In this document: positions 19,197 to 29,856 of the stretch, in pieces
Layout: every line of letters starts with the position of its first letter
Position numbering within the stretch: position 1 is the stretch's first letter
Assembly (NCBI GenBank): GCA_963751455.1
Contig: CAVVUN010000015.1
Span: forward strand, 1,440,001 to 1,504,000
Length of the DNA: 64,000 bases
Reading direction: 5' to 3'
DNA from: Nitrospirota bacterium
GTDB lineage: Bacteria > Nitrospirota > UBA9217
The notes under the pieces: model-generated
Databases searched by the model: none
The model's input: only the letters and a program-made list of their open reading frames with translations
Told to the model about the DNA's origin: nothing
Program-made: the position numbers and the translations under genes

Positions 19197-19302
19197 AGCC
19201 GCAAAAATGCCACAAAAATCGCAAAATTAATCTTGCGCCTCTTGCCTGCACCCAGTGCTTACGAGTGCGCTCGCGCGAATGCAGGGTGCGCCTTTTTGCG
19301 GC
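19197..19302. repeat. Inverted-arm element with nested CCTGCA...TGCAGGGT mini-element (19245-19287)
   Basis: GCCGCAAAAATGCCACAAAA ... GCGCCTTTTTGCGGC, right arm interrupted. Confidence 0.7.
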
Positions 19303-19331
19303 AAATATTATTTTATCCTTTGTAAAATACC

Positions 19332-19847
19332 TTACGGCAGCAAACTCTTCACATCCACAACCGGCTCTTCTTCGATCCCTTCGCCCTTGCCCTTTCCTCC
19401 GATCGGGATTCCGGCTACCTTGTAATAATTATACCCGTGATACTTGCCCTGTCCGTCGATCAGCAGGTGCTCCTTCTCGTAAACCATTGACTGCCTTTTG
19501 TACTCGCTCATCTCGTATTCGGGGGTAAGCTGAATCGCGTATGTAGGACAAGCTTCCTCGCAAAACCCGCAAAAGATGCAGCGCGAAAAATTGATCCTGA
19601 AGAAGGCGGGATAGCGTCTTCCGGTTTCGTCGGTTGCCGCCTGGAGCGCAATGCAGTCGACCGGGCACGCAACCGCGCAGAGATAACAGGCGACGCATCG
19701 TTCCTTGCCGTCGGGATCCCGTGAAAGGATGATCCGTCCGCGCCAGCGGGGCGGGAGTCGCTGTTTCTCTTCCGGATACTGGATCGTCACCCTTTTCCGG
19801 AACGTGTGCAATAACATACCACCGATGGTTTTTATTATACTCAGCAT
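19332..19847 (-). CDS. nuoI: NADH-quinone oxidoreductase subunit I (operon 1)
   Basis: [12 protein letters not shown] and [12 protein letters not shown]. Confidence 0.95.
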   Translation of the reverse strand: MLSIIKTIGGMLLHTFRKRVTIQYPEEKQRLPPRWRGRIILSRDPDGKERCVACYLCAVACPVDCIALQAATDETGRRYPAFFRINFSRCIFCGFCEEACPTYAIQLTPEYEMSEYKRQSMVYEKEHLLIDGQGKYHGYNYYKVAGIPIGGKGKGEGIEEEPVVDVKSLLP

Positions 19848-19853
19848 GGGATC

Positions 19854-20807
19854 CTATCCTTTTGCAAGCACAATCCCCCCGGTCACCAGCAGATTCAGCA
19901 GTACAAGGGGCAGCATGACTTTCCAGCCGAACGCCATCAACTGGTCGAACCTGAGCCGGGGCAGCGATGCCCGGAGCAGGATGAACAGGCAGATGAACAC
20001 GAACGTCTTGAGGAAAAACCAGATAAACGGCGGGAGCACAGGGCCCAGCCAGCCGCCGAAAAACAGGGTCGTTATCATTGAGGCTATCAGCGTGATCCCG
20101 AGGTATTCGCCGACGAAGAACATCCCGAATTTGAGTCCTGAATATTCCGCATGAAAGCCGGCAACCAGCTCGTTCTCGGCCTCCGGCAGGTCGAACGGCA
20201 GGCGGTGCGTCTCGGCCACTCCCGCGATGAGGAAGATCACAAAGCCCGGAAATTGCGGAAAGACAAACCAGAGCCCGCGCTGAGCGTCAACGATATCGAC
20301 AAGATTGAACGAGCCCGCGAGCATCACCGTGCCCATGAGCGAAAGTCCCATGAAGACCTCATAGCTCAACATCTGCGCCGCTCCCCGCAGTCCCCCGATC
20401 AGCGCGTATTTGCTGTTTGATGCCCACCCGGCAAGGACTACGCTGTATACTCCGAGCGAGGACATCGCCAGGAAGAAGAGCACTCCGACGTTGAGGTCCA
20501 CCACCTGGATCCCGGGAGCAAACGGTATCACGGCAAATGACAAAAAGGTCGTGATCATGATGACGGCAGGGGCGAGCACGAATACCGGCTTGTCTGCAAA
20601 AGGCGGGACCCAGTCCTCCTTTGTGAATATTTTAATCATGTCCGCGACGACCTGCAGCAGGCCGAACGGCCCGACACGGTTCGGTCCGTACCGGTCCTGC
20701 CAGAGCGCAAGCAGCCTTCGCTCCAGCCAGATCAAGCCTGCGCTTACCGTGGTAAGGCCGAATAAAACGACGCTTATTATCGCAAGCGGGATGAGGATGG
20801 ATCTCAT
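19854..20807 (-). CDS. nuoH: NADH-quinone oxidoreductase subunit H (operon 1)
   Basis: [36 protein letters not shown]. Confidence 0.95.
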   Translation of the reverse strand: MRSILIPLAIISVVLFGLTTVSAGLIWLERRLLALWQDRYGPNRVGPFGLLQVVADMIKIFTKEDWVPPFADKPVFVLAPAVIMITTFLSFAVIPFAPGIQVVDLNVGVLFFLAMSSLGVYSVVLAGWASNSKYALIGGLRGAAQMLSYEVFMGLSLMGTVMLAGSFNLVDIVDAQRGLWFVFPQFPGFVIFLIAGVAETHRLPFDLPEAENELVAGFHAEYSGLKFGMFFVGEYLGITLIASMITTLFFGGWLGPVLPPFIWFFLKTFVFICLFILLRASLPRLRFDQLMAFGWKVMLPLVLLNLLVTGGIVLAKG

Positions 20808-23596
20808 GGCCCGGCCTCCTGAATATTCTTTACAGCCCTTGCTATCGTTCCCCTGAGAGGAAGATTGGTCGTATACCCTTCCGGCAGCCCGTGGGGCAGG
20901 GCAGCGAGCCCCGAGGGAAGGCCTTGAAGGTGTTTTACCGCAAAAATATATGAAGAGGCATTTAGCTTGACGAGGACTTTTTCTCCTTCATGCGCCTTGA
21001 GTTTCATCGCGTCCTCCGGGTTCAGCCCCACATACGGTTTGGGTGACAGTTCTGCTATCCCCGGTGACAATGCGCTCAGCTCCTCGGACCCGAATATGTG
21101 AAAAAACGGGATGAACAGCCATGAATCCTTGCGGGGCGTAAACGCAAGAGGAATTTTTTTAAAAAAGGACAGTGCTCCTGCGGATCCGGGCTCAAGCAGC
21201 CTCCTTCCCGGATCTCCTCCCTGCAGCGGTCCGCCGACTTCCGCCTGGAACTTATTCATGGCCTGGGGCGAGTTCCATCCCGGCGCCCAGAAGCGCGGAA
21301 TCAGGCTGGAGGGCGGCTTTCCCGGAAAGCCTTCCATTGTAAACGCTAGGGGCGTGTCCGGATCTTTCGCCGGTTTCGGTTCAAAAACGGTTTTATCTGC
21401 GAACATTGCCGTGCGTCCGCTGTACCGGTGCGGCTTGCGCGGTATTTTCATTCCCGCGATACGAAACGCGGCAGAGGGCGCTATGTCAGTGATCCCTCTG
21501 AATACCGGCATTGCCAGAGCCAGGGCATTTATCACATTGTCCAAGCCTTCCCAAGCGCTGTTGGAAGACCGGCCCGATACGCGCAGGATGTCCCTGATCC
21601 AGCGCCAGCTCTCGCTGATTTCGCCAGCCGGAACAAATGCCTGGTAAAAACGCTGCGCTCGACCTTCGTTGTTTATAAGAGTGCCGTCGGCTTCTGCGAA
21701 TGCAGCTGCGGGAAGGACGATGTTTGCTTTTGCCGCGGTCCGGGTTGCCAGATTATCGATCACGATGACATGCTTTATTTTGGCAAAAAAATCGTTTACT
21801 GCGTTCTCATCAGCGCGCCGGTAAAGATCATTTTCCAGAATAACGGCAGTATCGGCCTTGCCTTCCTTAACCTTCTGGAACGCTTTATCAAGGCTGTTGG
21901 CTCCCATCAGCCCCAGGCCCATGGTGTTGCATTCAGGAACCGCATAGGTGAGACAGCAGATCCTGTCGGGTTTAGACAATGCCCATGCCACATTTGCCGC
22001 GGCCTGAATGATTGCATCGCTGCCGCATCCCACGCCCGAAACAATAAGAGGCCGCTGGGCCTTCCCAAGGTCCTGCGCGATAGAAGCTGCAAGGAAGCGT
22101 GACGCATCATCAAGTCCCGAAACGGGAGGCATCGCGCTGTTCAACTCGTGTGCCACAGCGAAACCGAGCCGCGCAATATCGTCAGGCGCAGCGCGATAGA
22201 CGCGGGCTGCCAGGTCATCAAGCCTGGTCGGATAGGGCGCTGCAATCGAGAGAGCCGGCTTGACGCCCTGTGCTGCATTGCGCACTGCGGCGTCGTCCCA
22301 GAGGGGAATACCCTGCTTCGCGGCAGTTTCGAATTCCTTGTGCCGGGCTGCCTGCCTGAGCGCAAGAGCGAGCAGGGGCGCTGTATTGGTCGCGTCCTCT
22401 CCGAGTACTAATATTGCGTCGCACGATTCTACCTCCCGAAGGGAAGGAGAGCGGGCAGGTCCATTTCGCAGAATATCGATAATCAGGGATACAAGGTTTG
22501 CATCGTTGTGGAACATGCCTGTGTAGAAGTTTTGCTCTCCAACCAGCGTGCGAAGGGCGAAATTCGATTCCAATGAGGCGCGGGGAGATCCGATGCCGAT
22601 GATGCCTTTGCTTGCGGACAGGATCTTACTGATCTCCTCAAGGGCTGTCTCCTTAGGAACAGGCTGTACCCCCTCACCCCGGCCCTCTCCCGCAGGAGGA
22701 GAGGGTGTAGCCCCTCGATCATGTAGCACGGGGAAGGGGGATTTCAGGAGAGCGTTTCTGATCCTCCGCTCGCTGTTCACGAACTCGTACCCGAAGCGGC
22801 CGCGGTCGCAGAGAAAATAACGGTTTACTTCTCCATTATATCTTGTGCGGATACGCCGGAGTTCGCCGTAGCGTTCGCCCGGTATGGTATTGCATCCAAC
22901 TCCGCAGTGAACGCAGATTGAAGGCGCTGTCTGCAGGTCCCATTTTCGTGTATAGCGCTTCTGGAAGGTCTTGTCCGTAAAAACGCCGGTAGGACAGATT
23001 TCGACCAGATTGCCGCTGAATTCATTTTCGAGTACGCCGTCCTTTTGCCGGCCGAAATAGACATGATCATGGCAGCCGAAAACGTCAAGGTCGCGCCCGC
23101 CCGCGTAATCCCGGTAATACCGGACGCAGCGGTAGCACTGAATGCAGCGGTTCATCTCATGCGCCACAAAAGGACCGAGATACTGGTTCGGGTACGTGCG
23201 CTTCCTGAATCTCGTCCTTCGATAAACATGCCCGGTCATAACGGTCATATCCTGCAAGTGGCATTCCCCGCCCTCGTCGCAGACCGGACAGTCGTGAGGA
23301 TGGTTCAGCATGAGCAGTTCTACGATGCTCTTGCGGAACGACTTTGCCTCTGGGTCCTCGATCGAGATGCGTATGCCTTCTGTTGCAGGAGTCATGCAGG
23401 ACATGACAATCTTGCCGCGAGTGTCCTTCTCGTCTTTAAACTGTTTCACCGCGCATTGCCTGCAGGCGCCCACGGAATGCATGGCCGGGTGCCAGCAGAA
23501 ATACGGGATGTCGAAGCCCAGGGAAAGGCAAGCGTGCAATAAATTTTGCCCGGGCTTGACTTGGTAAGGCTTGTTTTCGATATAAATGGTAATCAT
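20804..23596 (-). CDS. nuoG: NADH-quinone oxidoreductase subunit G (E. coli-type, operon 1)
   Basis: [41 protein letters not shown]; 930 aa. Confidence 0.95.
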   Translation of the reverse strand: MITIYIENKPYQVKPGQNLLHACLSLGFDIPYFCWHPAMHSVGACRQCAVKQFKDEKDTRGKIVMSCMTPATEGIRISIEDPEAKSFRKSIVELLMLNHPHDCPVCDEGGECHLQDMTVMTGHVYRRTRFRKRTYPNQYLGPFVAHEMNRCIQCYRCVRYYRDYAGGRDLDVFGCHDHVYFGRQKDGVLENEFSGNLVEICPTGVFTDKTFQKRYTRKWDLQTAPSICVHCGVGCNTIPGERYGELRRIRTRYNGEVNRYFLCDRGRFGYEFVNSERRIRNALLKSPFPVLHDRGATPSPPAGEGRGEGVQPVPKETALEEISKILSASKGIIGIGSPRASLESNFALRTLVGEQNFYTGMFHNDANLVSLIIDILRNGPARSPSLREVESCDAILVLGEDATNTAPLLALALRQAARHKEFETAAKQGIPLWDDAAVRNAAQGVKPALSIAAPYPTRLDDLAARVYRAAPDDIARLGFAVAHELNSAMPPVSGLDDASRFLAASIAQDLGKAQRPLIVSGVGCGSDAIIQAAANVAWALSKPDRICCLTYAVPECNTMGLGLMGANSLDKAFQKVKEGKADTAVILENDLYRRADENAVNDFFAKIKHVIVIDNLATRTAAKANIVLPAAAFAEADGTLINNEGRAQRFYQAFVPAGEISESWRWIRDILRVSGRSSNSAWEGLDNVINALALAMPVFRGITDIAPSAAFRIAGMKIPRKPHRYSGRTAMFADKTVFEPKPAKDPDTPLAFTMEGFPGKPPSSLIPRFWAPGWNSPQAMNKFQAEVGGPLQGGDPGRRLLEPGSAGALSFFKKIPLAFTPRKDSWLFIPFFHIFGSEELSALSPGIAELSPKPYVGLNPEDAMKLKAHEGEKVLVKLNASSYIFAVKHLQGLPSGLAALPHGLPEGYTTNLPLRGTIARAVKNIQEAGP
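22668..22745. repeat. Palindromic repeat inserted in frame within nuoG
   Basis: CCCCTCACCCCGGCCCTCTCCCGCAGGAGGAGAGGG...GGGGAAGGGGGATTT encodes [26 protein letters not shown]; homologous intergenic copy at 59781-59827. Confidence 0.7.
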
Positions 23597-23610
23597 GATT
23601 AAACCGAATC

Positions 23611-23793
23611 AGCCACGGATGAACACGGATACACACGGATAACTACTTCAATTTTTGGGAATGCGCTTCCACGTGGATTCGGCATCCACACATTTATTTT
23701 CATCCGTGTCAATCCGCCTGCACACAGCGTTTCGAGCCTGCGGCTAGCGCTTATGAGTGCAAAGCGCGAATGCAGGGTGTGTCCATCAGTGGC
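23611..23793. repeat. CACGGAT-type hairpin element with nested mini-element (23717-23778), nuoF-nuoG junction
   Basis: GCCACGGATGAACACGGATACACACGGAT ... ATCCGTGTCAATCCG[insert]GTGTCCATCAGTGGC. Confidence 0.75.
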
Positions 23794-23800
23794 AAAGACT

Positions 23801-25075
23801 CTATTTTTTCCACGGGCATTTCTTCTCTTTAATATGCCGCTCAAAATCTTCCTTGAACATTTTGAGCCCGCTCCTGAGCGGCTCCATGGCGCCCGGAGCA
23901 AGCGCGCAGTAAGTCTTGCCGAGCCAGAGGTTGTCGCCGAGCATTTTGAGCTTGTCCATGTCGTCCGGCTCGCCCATGCCGTTTTCGATCGCTGCCAGGA
24001 TCCTCGTCACCCACGGCAGGCCCTCACGGCAGGGAGTGCACCAGCCGCACGATTCGCGGGCAAAGAAATATTCGAGATTATACAGCGCGGCAACCGGGCA
24101 TGTTTTGTCGTCGAGTACGATCATCGTCCCCGTGCCCATTCTGCTGCCGGCCTTCATGACCGAGTCGAAGTCCATTTTAACGTCGAAATGCTCCCTGCCG
24201 AGAAATTCGGTGGATGCGCCGCCGGGGATAAGGGCTTTGAACCCGTAGCCCTCCTTCATGCCTCCCGCATGCTCTTCGAAAATCTCCCGGATCGTCGTAC
24301 CCATGGGCAGCTCCCATAATCCGGGCTTCTTAACCCGCCCGCTCACACCGTAGATCTTTGTTCCGCTGTCCTCTGAACGGCTCAGTCCTCTGTACCATTC
24401 AGCGCCGTTGCGGATGATACCGGGAATGTTGCAGAGCGTCTCCGTGTTATTAACAATGGTCGGTTTACCCCATAAGCCGCTCACCTGCGGGAACGGAGGC
24501 TTCGACCGCGGCTGCGCGCGTTTCCCTTCAAGCGCGTTCAACAGTCCTGTCTCTTCTCCGCACATGTAGCGCCCCGCGCTTACATGGACGTGCAGCTCCA
24601 GGTCATAGCCGGACCCGAATATATTTTTACCGAGAAAGCCTTTCCGATAGGCCTCCTGTATCGCCGTAGCCAACCTTTTTTCAGAAAGCTTATATTCATA
24701 GCGCAGAAATATGTAGGCAATTCCTGCCCGGATCGCAAGGGCGCTTATGATCATTCCCTCGATGAGCAGGTGCGGATTTTTTTCTAGCAGCATCCGGTCC
24801 TTGAACGTGCCCGGCTCCATCTCGTCGGCGTTCGCGATCAGATACCTCGGTTTCGGCGCGTCGTCTCCCATCGGAACGAAGCTCCACTTCATGCCGGTAT
24901 TGAAGCCGGCGCCGCCGCGGCCGCGCAGGTTCGAGTTCTTTACGAGCTCCTGGATTTCTCCGGGAGCCATGGTTACGGCTTTGCGGGCCGCCTCGTAGCC
25001 GCCGGTCCTCTCGTATTCCGGGAGGGTCAAAGCCCCTCCATCGGCTTTCATATGTTGTGTAAGCGGACGTTCCAT
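23801..25075 (-). CDS. nuoF: NADH-quinone oxidoreductase subunit F (operon 1)
   Basis: RGRGGAGF, NADEMEPGTFKDR, CGEETGL, ESCGWCTPCREG; 424 aa. Confidence 0.95.
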   Translation of the reverse strand: MERPLTQHMKADGGALTLPEYERTGGYEAARKAVTMAPGEIQELVKNSNLRGRGGAGFNTGMKWSFVPMGDDAPKPRYLIANADEMEPGTFKDRMLLEKNPHLLIEGMIISALAIRAGIAYIFLRYEYKLSEKRLATAIQEAYRKGFLGKNIFGSGYDLELHVHVSAGRYMCGEETGLLNALEGKRAQPRSKPPFPQVSGLWGKPTIVNNTETLCNIPGIIRNGAEWYRGLSRSEDSGTKIYGVSGRVKKPGLWELPMGTTIREIFEEHAGGMKEGYGFKALIPGGASTEFLGREHFDVKMDFDSVMKAGSRMGTGTMIVLDDKTCPVAALYNLEYFFARESCGWCTPCREGLPWVTRILAAIENGMGEPDDMDKLKMLGDNLWLGKTYCALAPGAMEPLRSGLKMFKEDFERHIKEKKCPWKK

Positions 25076-25102
25076 GTATGATGTTAAACTCCCGAATCCT
25101 TT

Positions 25103-25190
25103 TTATCCGCAGATTACGCAGATGCCACAGATTAAGCCAAACTCGAATTATGGTTCTAAAATCTGCGTCCCTCGGCGTAATCTGCGGATA
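25103..25190. repeat. 9-bp periodic hairpin element, nuoE-nuoF junction
   Basis: TATCCGCAGATTACGCAGATGCCACAGATT ... ATCTGCGTCCCTCGGCGTAATCTGCGGATA. Confidence 0.8.
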
Positions 25191-25220
25191 GATTCTGTAA
25201 AGAGTTCCTGAATAGCAATG

Positions 25221-25685
25221 TTATTTCAATCTTCCCAATATCTCATCCAGCCTCCGGGGCGTAAGCTCGCCGTAGACCTCGCGGTCGATCATCATCGCGG
25301 GCGCCTGGTCGCACACACCGAGGCAGGGGATGGGAACAAGAGTGAACTTGCCGTCGGCACTCGTCCCTCCCCACGTGATTCCAAGACGCGACCTCAGATG
25401 ATCAAACACTTCCTGCTGCCCGACGATCCAGCAGCTGATGGTATTGCAGATATGGATTACATGCCTGCCGACCGGTTTGCGGTATATAAGATTGTAGAAC
25501 GTGGCAACGCTGTCCAACTCATCGGGCGTCATGTCCAGCATGCCGGCCACGTCTTTCAGTCCATCTTCGGAGACCCATCCGCGGTGCCGCTGAACGATCT
25601 TCAGCGCATCCACGCATGCAGCCCGCTTGTGCTCGTATTGCTTGAGCTCTGCCTCGATTTCCTGTTTTTCCTGTTCGCTTAGCAT
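25221..25685 (-). CDS. nuoE: NADH-quinone oxidoreductase subunit E (operon 1)
   Basis: VATFY, CNTISC, CLGVCDQAP; start trimmed to ATG 25685 outside the repeat. Confidence 0.93.
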   Translation of the reverse strand: MLSEQEKQEIEAELKQYEHKRAACVDALKIVQRHRGWVSEDGLKDVAGMLDMTPDELDSVATFYNLIYRKPVGRHVIHICNTISCWIVGQQEVFDHLRSRLGITWGGTSADGKFTLVPIPCLGVCDQAPAMMIDREVYGELTPRRLDEILGRLK

Positions 25686-25692
25686 AAAAATA

Positions 25693-25757
25693 TTATCCGC
25701 AGATTTCACAGATTTTCGCAGATTTTAATCCGAGTAATCTGCGTAATCTGTGGATAA
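25693..25757. repeat. 9-bp periodic hairpin element, nuoCD-nuoE junction
   Basis: TTATCCGCAGATTTCACAGATTTTCGCAGATT ... AATCTGCGTAATCTGTGGATAA. Confidence 0.8.
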
Positions 25758-25761
25758 AAAA

Positions 25762-27498
25762 TCACCTATCCACATCCCCCATGATAAAATCGATGCTCCC
25801 CAGGATTGCGATCAGGTCCGAGATATTCCGTCCGCGGCACATCTTCGGCACCACCTGCAGGTGCGGGAACGAAGGGGTTCGGATGCGCGTGCGATAAGAC
25901 TGGGTATTCCCGTCGCTGATCAGGTAATAGGTATTGAAGCCCTTTGCTGCCTCCGTACCGAACGCTGCCTCTCCGGGAGGGATCACCGGTCCCCAGCTCA
26001 CATTCAGAAAGTGATCTATGAGCGTTTCAATATCGAACATGGTTTTGTCTTTACGGGGCGGCGTGGCGAGGGGATGGTCCGACTTCGACGGACCGGGAGG
26101 CATGTTATTCAGGCACTGCTCGACAATGCGAAGGCTCTGCCTCATTTCCTCAACGCGGACGAGCGCGCGGTCATAACTGTCGCCGTGCGTTGCGGTCGGG
26201 ATGTCGAACTCGAACTTGTCGTAACCCGAATACGGCCTCTTCTTGCGGACGTCCCATTCGAATCCGCACGCCCGCAGATTCGGCCCGGTTACCCCCCACT
26301 CGATCGCTTCATCGCGCGTCAACGCACCCACGCCTCTGGTGCGGGCCTTGACGATGCGGTTCTGCATTATCAGGCGGTCGTACTCTCGCAGCCTGGCCGG
26401 CATATAATCCAGAAAATCGCGGACCAGCCTCTCCCATCCGTTTGGAAGGTCTGCAGCAACTCCACCTATACGGAACCAGCCGGGGTGCATGCGGAACCCG
26501 CAGACAGCCTCGACAATCGTGTAAAAGCGCTCCCGGTCATTGAAGGTGAAGAACAGGGGCGATAACTGGCCCAGGTCTCCGGCAAACGTGCCGTACCATA
26601 TGAGGTGGTTCGCGATCCGGTAGAGTTCCGCAAGCATCACCCTTATCACTTTGGCCCTGTCGGGCACTTCTATTCCCGCGAGCTTTTCCACCGCGAGTAT
26701 ATACGGGAACTCGTTCAGGACTCCGGCAAGGTAATCGATCCTGTCCGTGTACGGAATATACGTATGCCATGTCTGACGCTCCGCCATCTTTTCCTGCGCG
26801 CGGTGGTGGTAGCCGATGTCCATGATCGCATTCACCACTTCTTCGCCGTCGAGCTCGAGGATTATGCGCAGCACTCCGTGCGTGCCCGTGTGATGAGGCC
26901 CGAGATTCAGGAACATGTAGTCGGTTCCGTTCTTCCTGCGAGGAAGTCCCCATTCCTCGGGATGGAACTCCATGGCCTGCTCCTCCTTTATTTCCTTGTC
27001 TTCCGACAGGCTGAACTTGCTGAGTTCAGTCCGGCGCGCAGGGTGTTCTTTGCGAAGCGGGTGGCCTTTCCAGGTTGCGGGCATCAGGATCCGGCGCAGA
27101 TGGGGATGGCCTTCGATGTTAATGCCGAACATGTCCCATACTTCACATTCATACCAGTCGGCTGATTGCCAGATGCCGGTTATGGACTTGACGGACGGTT
27201 TATCGCCTTTGAGGGAGACCTTGATCCTTACGTCGCTGTTGCGGTCAAAAGAGAGGAGGTGATAGACTACGGTAAAGTCGCTATCGGGCTGTTCCGGCCT
27301 GTTCGAACGGACCCGCTCGTCGATTGCGCTCATATCATACAGCATCTTGTACGGCGCGTCGGCCTCTGTTTTAAGGTATCTCAGGATTTCGTGGAGTGTG
27401 GCCTGGCCGGTCCAGAACGTCGGGATTTCATCACGGGTGGCCTGTGGCGTTATTGCTGACTCGCCGAATCGTCTTTGCAATTCCTGGATTATATCCAT
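25762..27498 (-). CDS. nuoCD: Fused NADH-quinone oxidoreductase subunit C/D (operon 1)
   Basis: [38 protein letters not shown]. Confidence 0.93.
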   Translation of the reverse strand: MDIIQELQRRFGESAITPQATRDEIPTFWTGQATLHEILRYLKTEADAPYKMLYDMSAIDERVRSNRPEQPDSDFTVVYHLLSFDRNSDVRIKVSLKGDKPSVKSITGIWQSADWYECEVWDMFGINIEGHPHLRRILMPATWKGHPLRKEHPARRTELSKFSLSEDKEIKEEQAMEFHPEEWGLPRRKNGTDYMFLNLGPHHTGTHGVLRIILELDGEEVVNAIMDIGYHHRAQEKMAERQTWHTYIPYTDRIDYLAGVLNEFPYILAVEKLAGIEVPDRAKVIRVMLAELYRIANHLIWYGTFAGDLGQLSPLFFTFNDRERFYTIVEAVCGFRMHPGWFRIGGVAADLPNGWERLVRDFLDYMPARLREYDRLIMQNRIVKARTRGVGALTRDEAIEWGVTGPNLRACGFEWDVRKKRPYSGYDKFEFDIPTATHGDSYDRALVRVEEMRQSLRIVEQCLNNMPPGPSKSDHPLATPPRKDKTMFDIETLIDHFLNVSWGPVIPPGEAAFGTEAAKGFNTYYLISDGNTQSYRTRIRTPSFPHLQVVPKMCRGRNISDLIAILGSIDFIMGDVDR

Positions 27499-27520
27499 CA
27501 AGGCCTCAAGATGAGTTGCA

Positions 27521-27598
27521 GTATCAGAGTGTCAGAATAGCAAGGTGTTGTCGTATCACTCGACCCTTGACGCTATGATACTTTGACACTTTGGCACT
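27521..27598. repeat. 8-bp periodic inverted-arm element, nuoB-nuoCD junction
   Basis: GTATCAGAGTGTCAGA ... TATGATAC TTTGACAC TTTGGCAC; same family as 12872-13006. Confidence 0.7.
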
Positions 27599-27604
27599 CG
27601 GCTC

Positions 27605-28213
27605 TCATATCTTATCGGGAGGCGTCAGTTCCGTTACCTGCTGTCTCTTTTCACGCTTTAAATCGCGCATAACCGGCATCGGCCTTTTTTCCAGGCCCTG
27701 CGGACCGACCTTCCAACTGAGCGGACGCCTTTCACTCCCTACGAGGTCCTGAAGCAACAGCAGCCCCTCCATCAGCGTTTCCGGTCGAGGCGGACAGCCT
27801 TGAACATAAACGTCGACCGGCAGGAAGGAGTCTACCCCCTGGACGACGCTGTACACATCGAACATGCCTCCGGAGTTGGCGCAGGAACCCATTGAAATCA
27901 CCCAGCGCGGCTCCATCATCTGCTCATAAAGCCGCTTGACCATGGGAACAGTCTTTATGAAAACAGTGCCGGCAACCACCATGACGTCCGCCTCGCGCGG
28001 CGTGCTGCGGAGCACTTCCGATCCGAACCTCGCGATATCGTATTTACTCGTCAAACTGGTTGCCAGCTCTATGTAACAGCAGGAGAGCCCGAAGTTGAAG
28101 GGCCAGATCGAGTTTTTTCGCCCCCAGGCGACCAGGTCCTGGAGCGTGGTAAGAATTATGTTTTTCTGCGCGGTATCGCCTTCTTGCCCGGGTTTTGAAA
28201 GAGAGTAGTTCAT
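27605..28213 (-). CDS. nuoB: NADH-quinone oxidoreductase subunit B (operon 1)
   Basis: [25 protein letters not shown]. Confidence 0.95.
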   Translation of the reverse strand: MNYSLSKPGQEGDTAQKNIILTTLQDLVAWGRKNSIWPFNFGLSCCYIELATSLTSKYDIARFGSEVLRSTPREADVMVVAGTVFIKTVPMVKRLYEQMMEPRWVISMGSCANSGGMFDVYSVVQGVDSFLPVDVYVQGCPPRPETLMEGLLLLQDLVGSERRPLSWKVGPQGLEKRPMPVMRDLKREKRQQVTELTPPDKI

Positions 28214-28225
28214 AGATTAATCCTT

Positions 28226-28315
28226 ATTGCAAAATGCAAATTGCAAAGTGCAAATATTAAATTTGAAAAAAGATCAGGTTTTAAACTTTGCAATTTGCAA
28301 TTTGAAATTTTCAAT
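28226..28315. repeat. 7-bp periodic hairpin element, nuoA-nuoB junction
   Basis: TTGCAAA ATGCAAA TTGCAAA GTGCAAA ... TTTGCAA TTTGCAA TTTGAAA TTTTCAAT. Confidence 0.78.
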
Positions 28316-28318
28316 GAG

Positions 28319-28702
28319 TCACTTTGTACCGCTCCAATCCAGCGCTTTTATCCTCCAGAGATAGGCGAGGGCTGCGGCAAGAATGCTGATGAAGATGACC
28401 ATCTCAACATAGCCGGACCAGCCTGTCTCCCTGATCGAGATCACCCAGGCATATACGAACACAGCTTCGAGATCAAAGATCACGAAGAACATCGCTATGA
28501 GATAAAATCGGATGTGAAACCGCATTCTGGCCGTGCCTGTCGCAGCTACCCCTGATTCATAGGGTTCGGCCGTCTGCCTGTCCCTGTGACGTTCGCCCAG
28601 AAAATACGAGATGAAGATCATCATCGCAACAAGAATGACGACTGCCGCTGAATATATGCCAAGCGGCCAAAGAGACGCTCCATTATGCATATCCTCAATC
28701 AT
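28319..28702 (-). CDS. nuoA: NADH-quinone oxidoreductase subunit A (operon 1)
   Basis: PYESG, FYLIAMFFVIFDLE, ALDW. Confidence 0.95.
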   Translation of the reverse strand: MIEDMHNGASLWPLGIYSAAVVILVAMMIFISYFLGERHRDRQTAEPYESGVAATGTARMRFHIRFYLIAMFFVIFDLEAVFVYAWVISIRETGWSGYVEMVIFISILAAALAYLWRIKALDWSGTK

Positions 28703-28708
28703 GCTAAA

Positions 28709-28736
28709 AGAATAGCATAGTGGTTCTGAAAGTCAA
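28709..28736 (-). promoter_or_regulatory. Sigma70 promoter of nuo operon 1 (probably leaderless)
   Basis: Minus strand TTGACT-N16-TATTCT with extended TG, 6 nt before the nuoA ATG. Confidence 0.6.
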
Positions 28737-28765
28737 GGTATCGATTTCATTCAGAATTTCACCTG

Positions 28766-28794
28766 TTGACAAACGATGACAAGGCTGATAGTCT
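28766..28794 (+). promoter_or_regulatory. Divergent sigma70 promoter for the FKBP gene
   Basis: TTGACA-N17-TAGTCT. Confidence 0.5.
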
Positions 28795-28931
28795 AAGCCT
28801 AAATGGTCATTCTCCGTAGTACTTGAAGGCCGGTCCCGACAAATATTCTCAAGTCAATTCGAACCACGATCGACGACAAGGAATTCGCTTGCCTGATATC
28901 CCGATAATCAATCCATGAAAGGAGCACAGTA

Positions 28932-29666
28932 ATGAAACCTGTATTCGCAATTGCATTATGTTGTCTGATTGCCGTAAGTCCCGCAGCAGCAGAGGAGAAG
29001 AAGCCGGAGGAGAAGAAACTGGAGCTCAAAACACAGAAGGAAAAAGCAAGTTATGCCATCGGTTTGGACATGGGAGGAAGTCTCAAGGCAAATGACATCG
29101 ATGTAGATGCCGAAACACTCATGCGAGGAATCAATGACGCGCTTTCAGGGGCGAAGCCGCTCATGACGAGCGACGAAATCAAGGAATCGATCACGGCCCT
29201 CAAGAACGACCTCCAGGCGAAACAGCAGGAAAAGATGAAAGTGGCAGGGGAGAAGAACAAAAAAGAGGGAGAAGCGTTTTTGGCTGCGAATAAGAAAAAG
29301 AAAGGCGTGAAAACGCTTGAGAGCGGTCTTCAGTATAAAATAATAACAAAAGGCACCGGCACAGGCGGGACGCCCAAAGCGACGGATACGGTGACCGTCA
29401 ATTACCGCGGCACCCTTATCGATGGGACGGAGTTCGACAGCTCCTATAAACGGGGTCAGCCGGCGACATTCCCGGTAAATGGTGTCATACCGGGCTGGAC
29501 CGAAGCCTTGCAGCTTATGAAGGAAGGATCCAAATGGGAGCTGTATATACCTTCGAAGCTTGCCTATGGCGAAAAAGGGGCGGGAAATACGATCGGGCCT
29601 AACGCAGTCCTCATTTTCGAGGTCGAACTCATTTCGATTAATAAATCAGCGCAGTCACCGCATTAA
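28932..29666 (+). CDS. fkpA: FKBP-type peptidyl-prolyl isomerase (FkpA/Mip-like)
   Basis: Signal peptide, SYAIG, SGLQY, YRGTLIDGTEFDSS, VIPGWTEALQLM, LIFEVEL. Confidence 0.92.
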   Translation: MKPVFAIALCCLIAVSPAAAEEKKPEEKKLELKTQKEKASYAIGLDMGGSLKANDIDVDAETLMRGINDALSGAKPLMTSDEIKESITALKNDLQAKQQEKMKVAGEKNKKEGEAFLAANKKKKGVKTLESGLQYKIITKGTGTGGTPKATDTVTVNYRGTLIDGTEFDSSYKRGQPATFPVNGVIPGWTEALQLMKEGSKWELYIPSKLAYGEKGAGNTIGPNAVLIFEVELISINKSAQSPH

Positions 29667-29706
29667 ACATTTTTTTCGCCTAAAACCGGAAATCCGGAAA
29701 AGTTTC

Positions 29707-29780
29707 AGCCACAGAGAACACAGAGGGAAACAGAAAAACTCTTCGTAGCTTTTCTCTGAGCCCTCTGTGAACTCTGTGGC
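29707..29780. repeat. CACAGAG-type 9-bp periodic hairpin element
   Basis: GCCACAGAGAACACAGAG ... CTCTGTGAACTCTGTGGC. Confidence 0.75.
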
Positions 29781-29856
29781 AAATATTTGTGAAGCGTGGA
29801 TCTCGATTCTCAAGGTGAGGCTATAAACCGTACTCGCTCTCTATCTGCTTGCTCCT

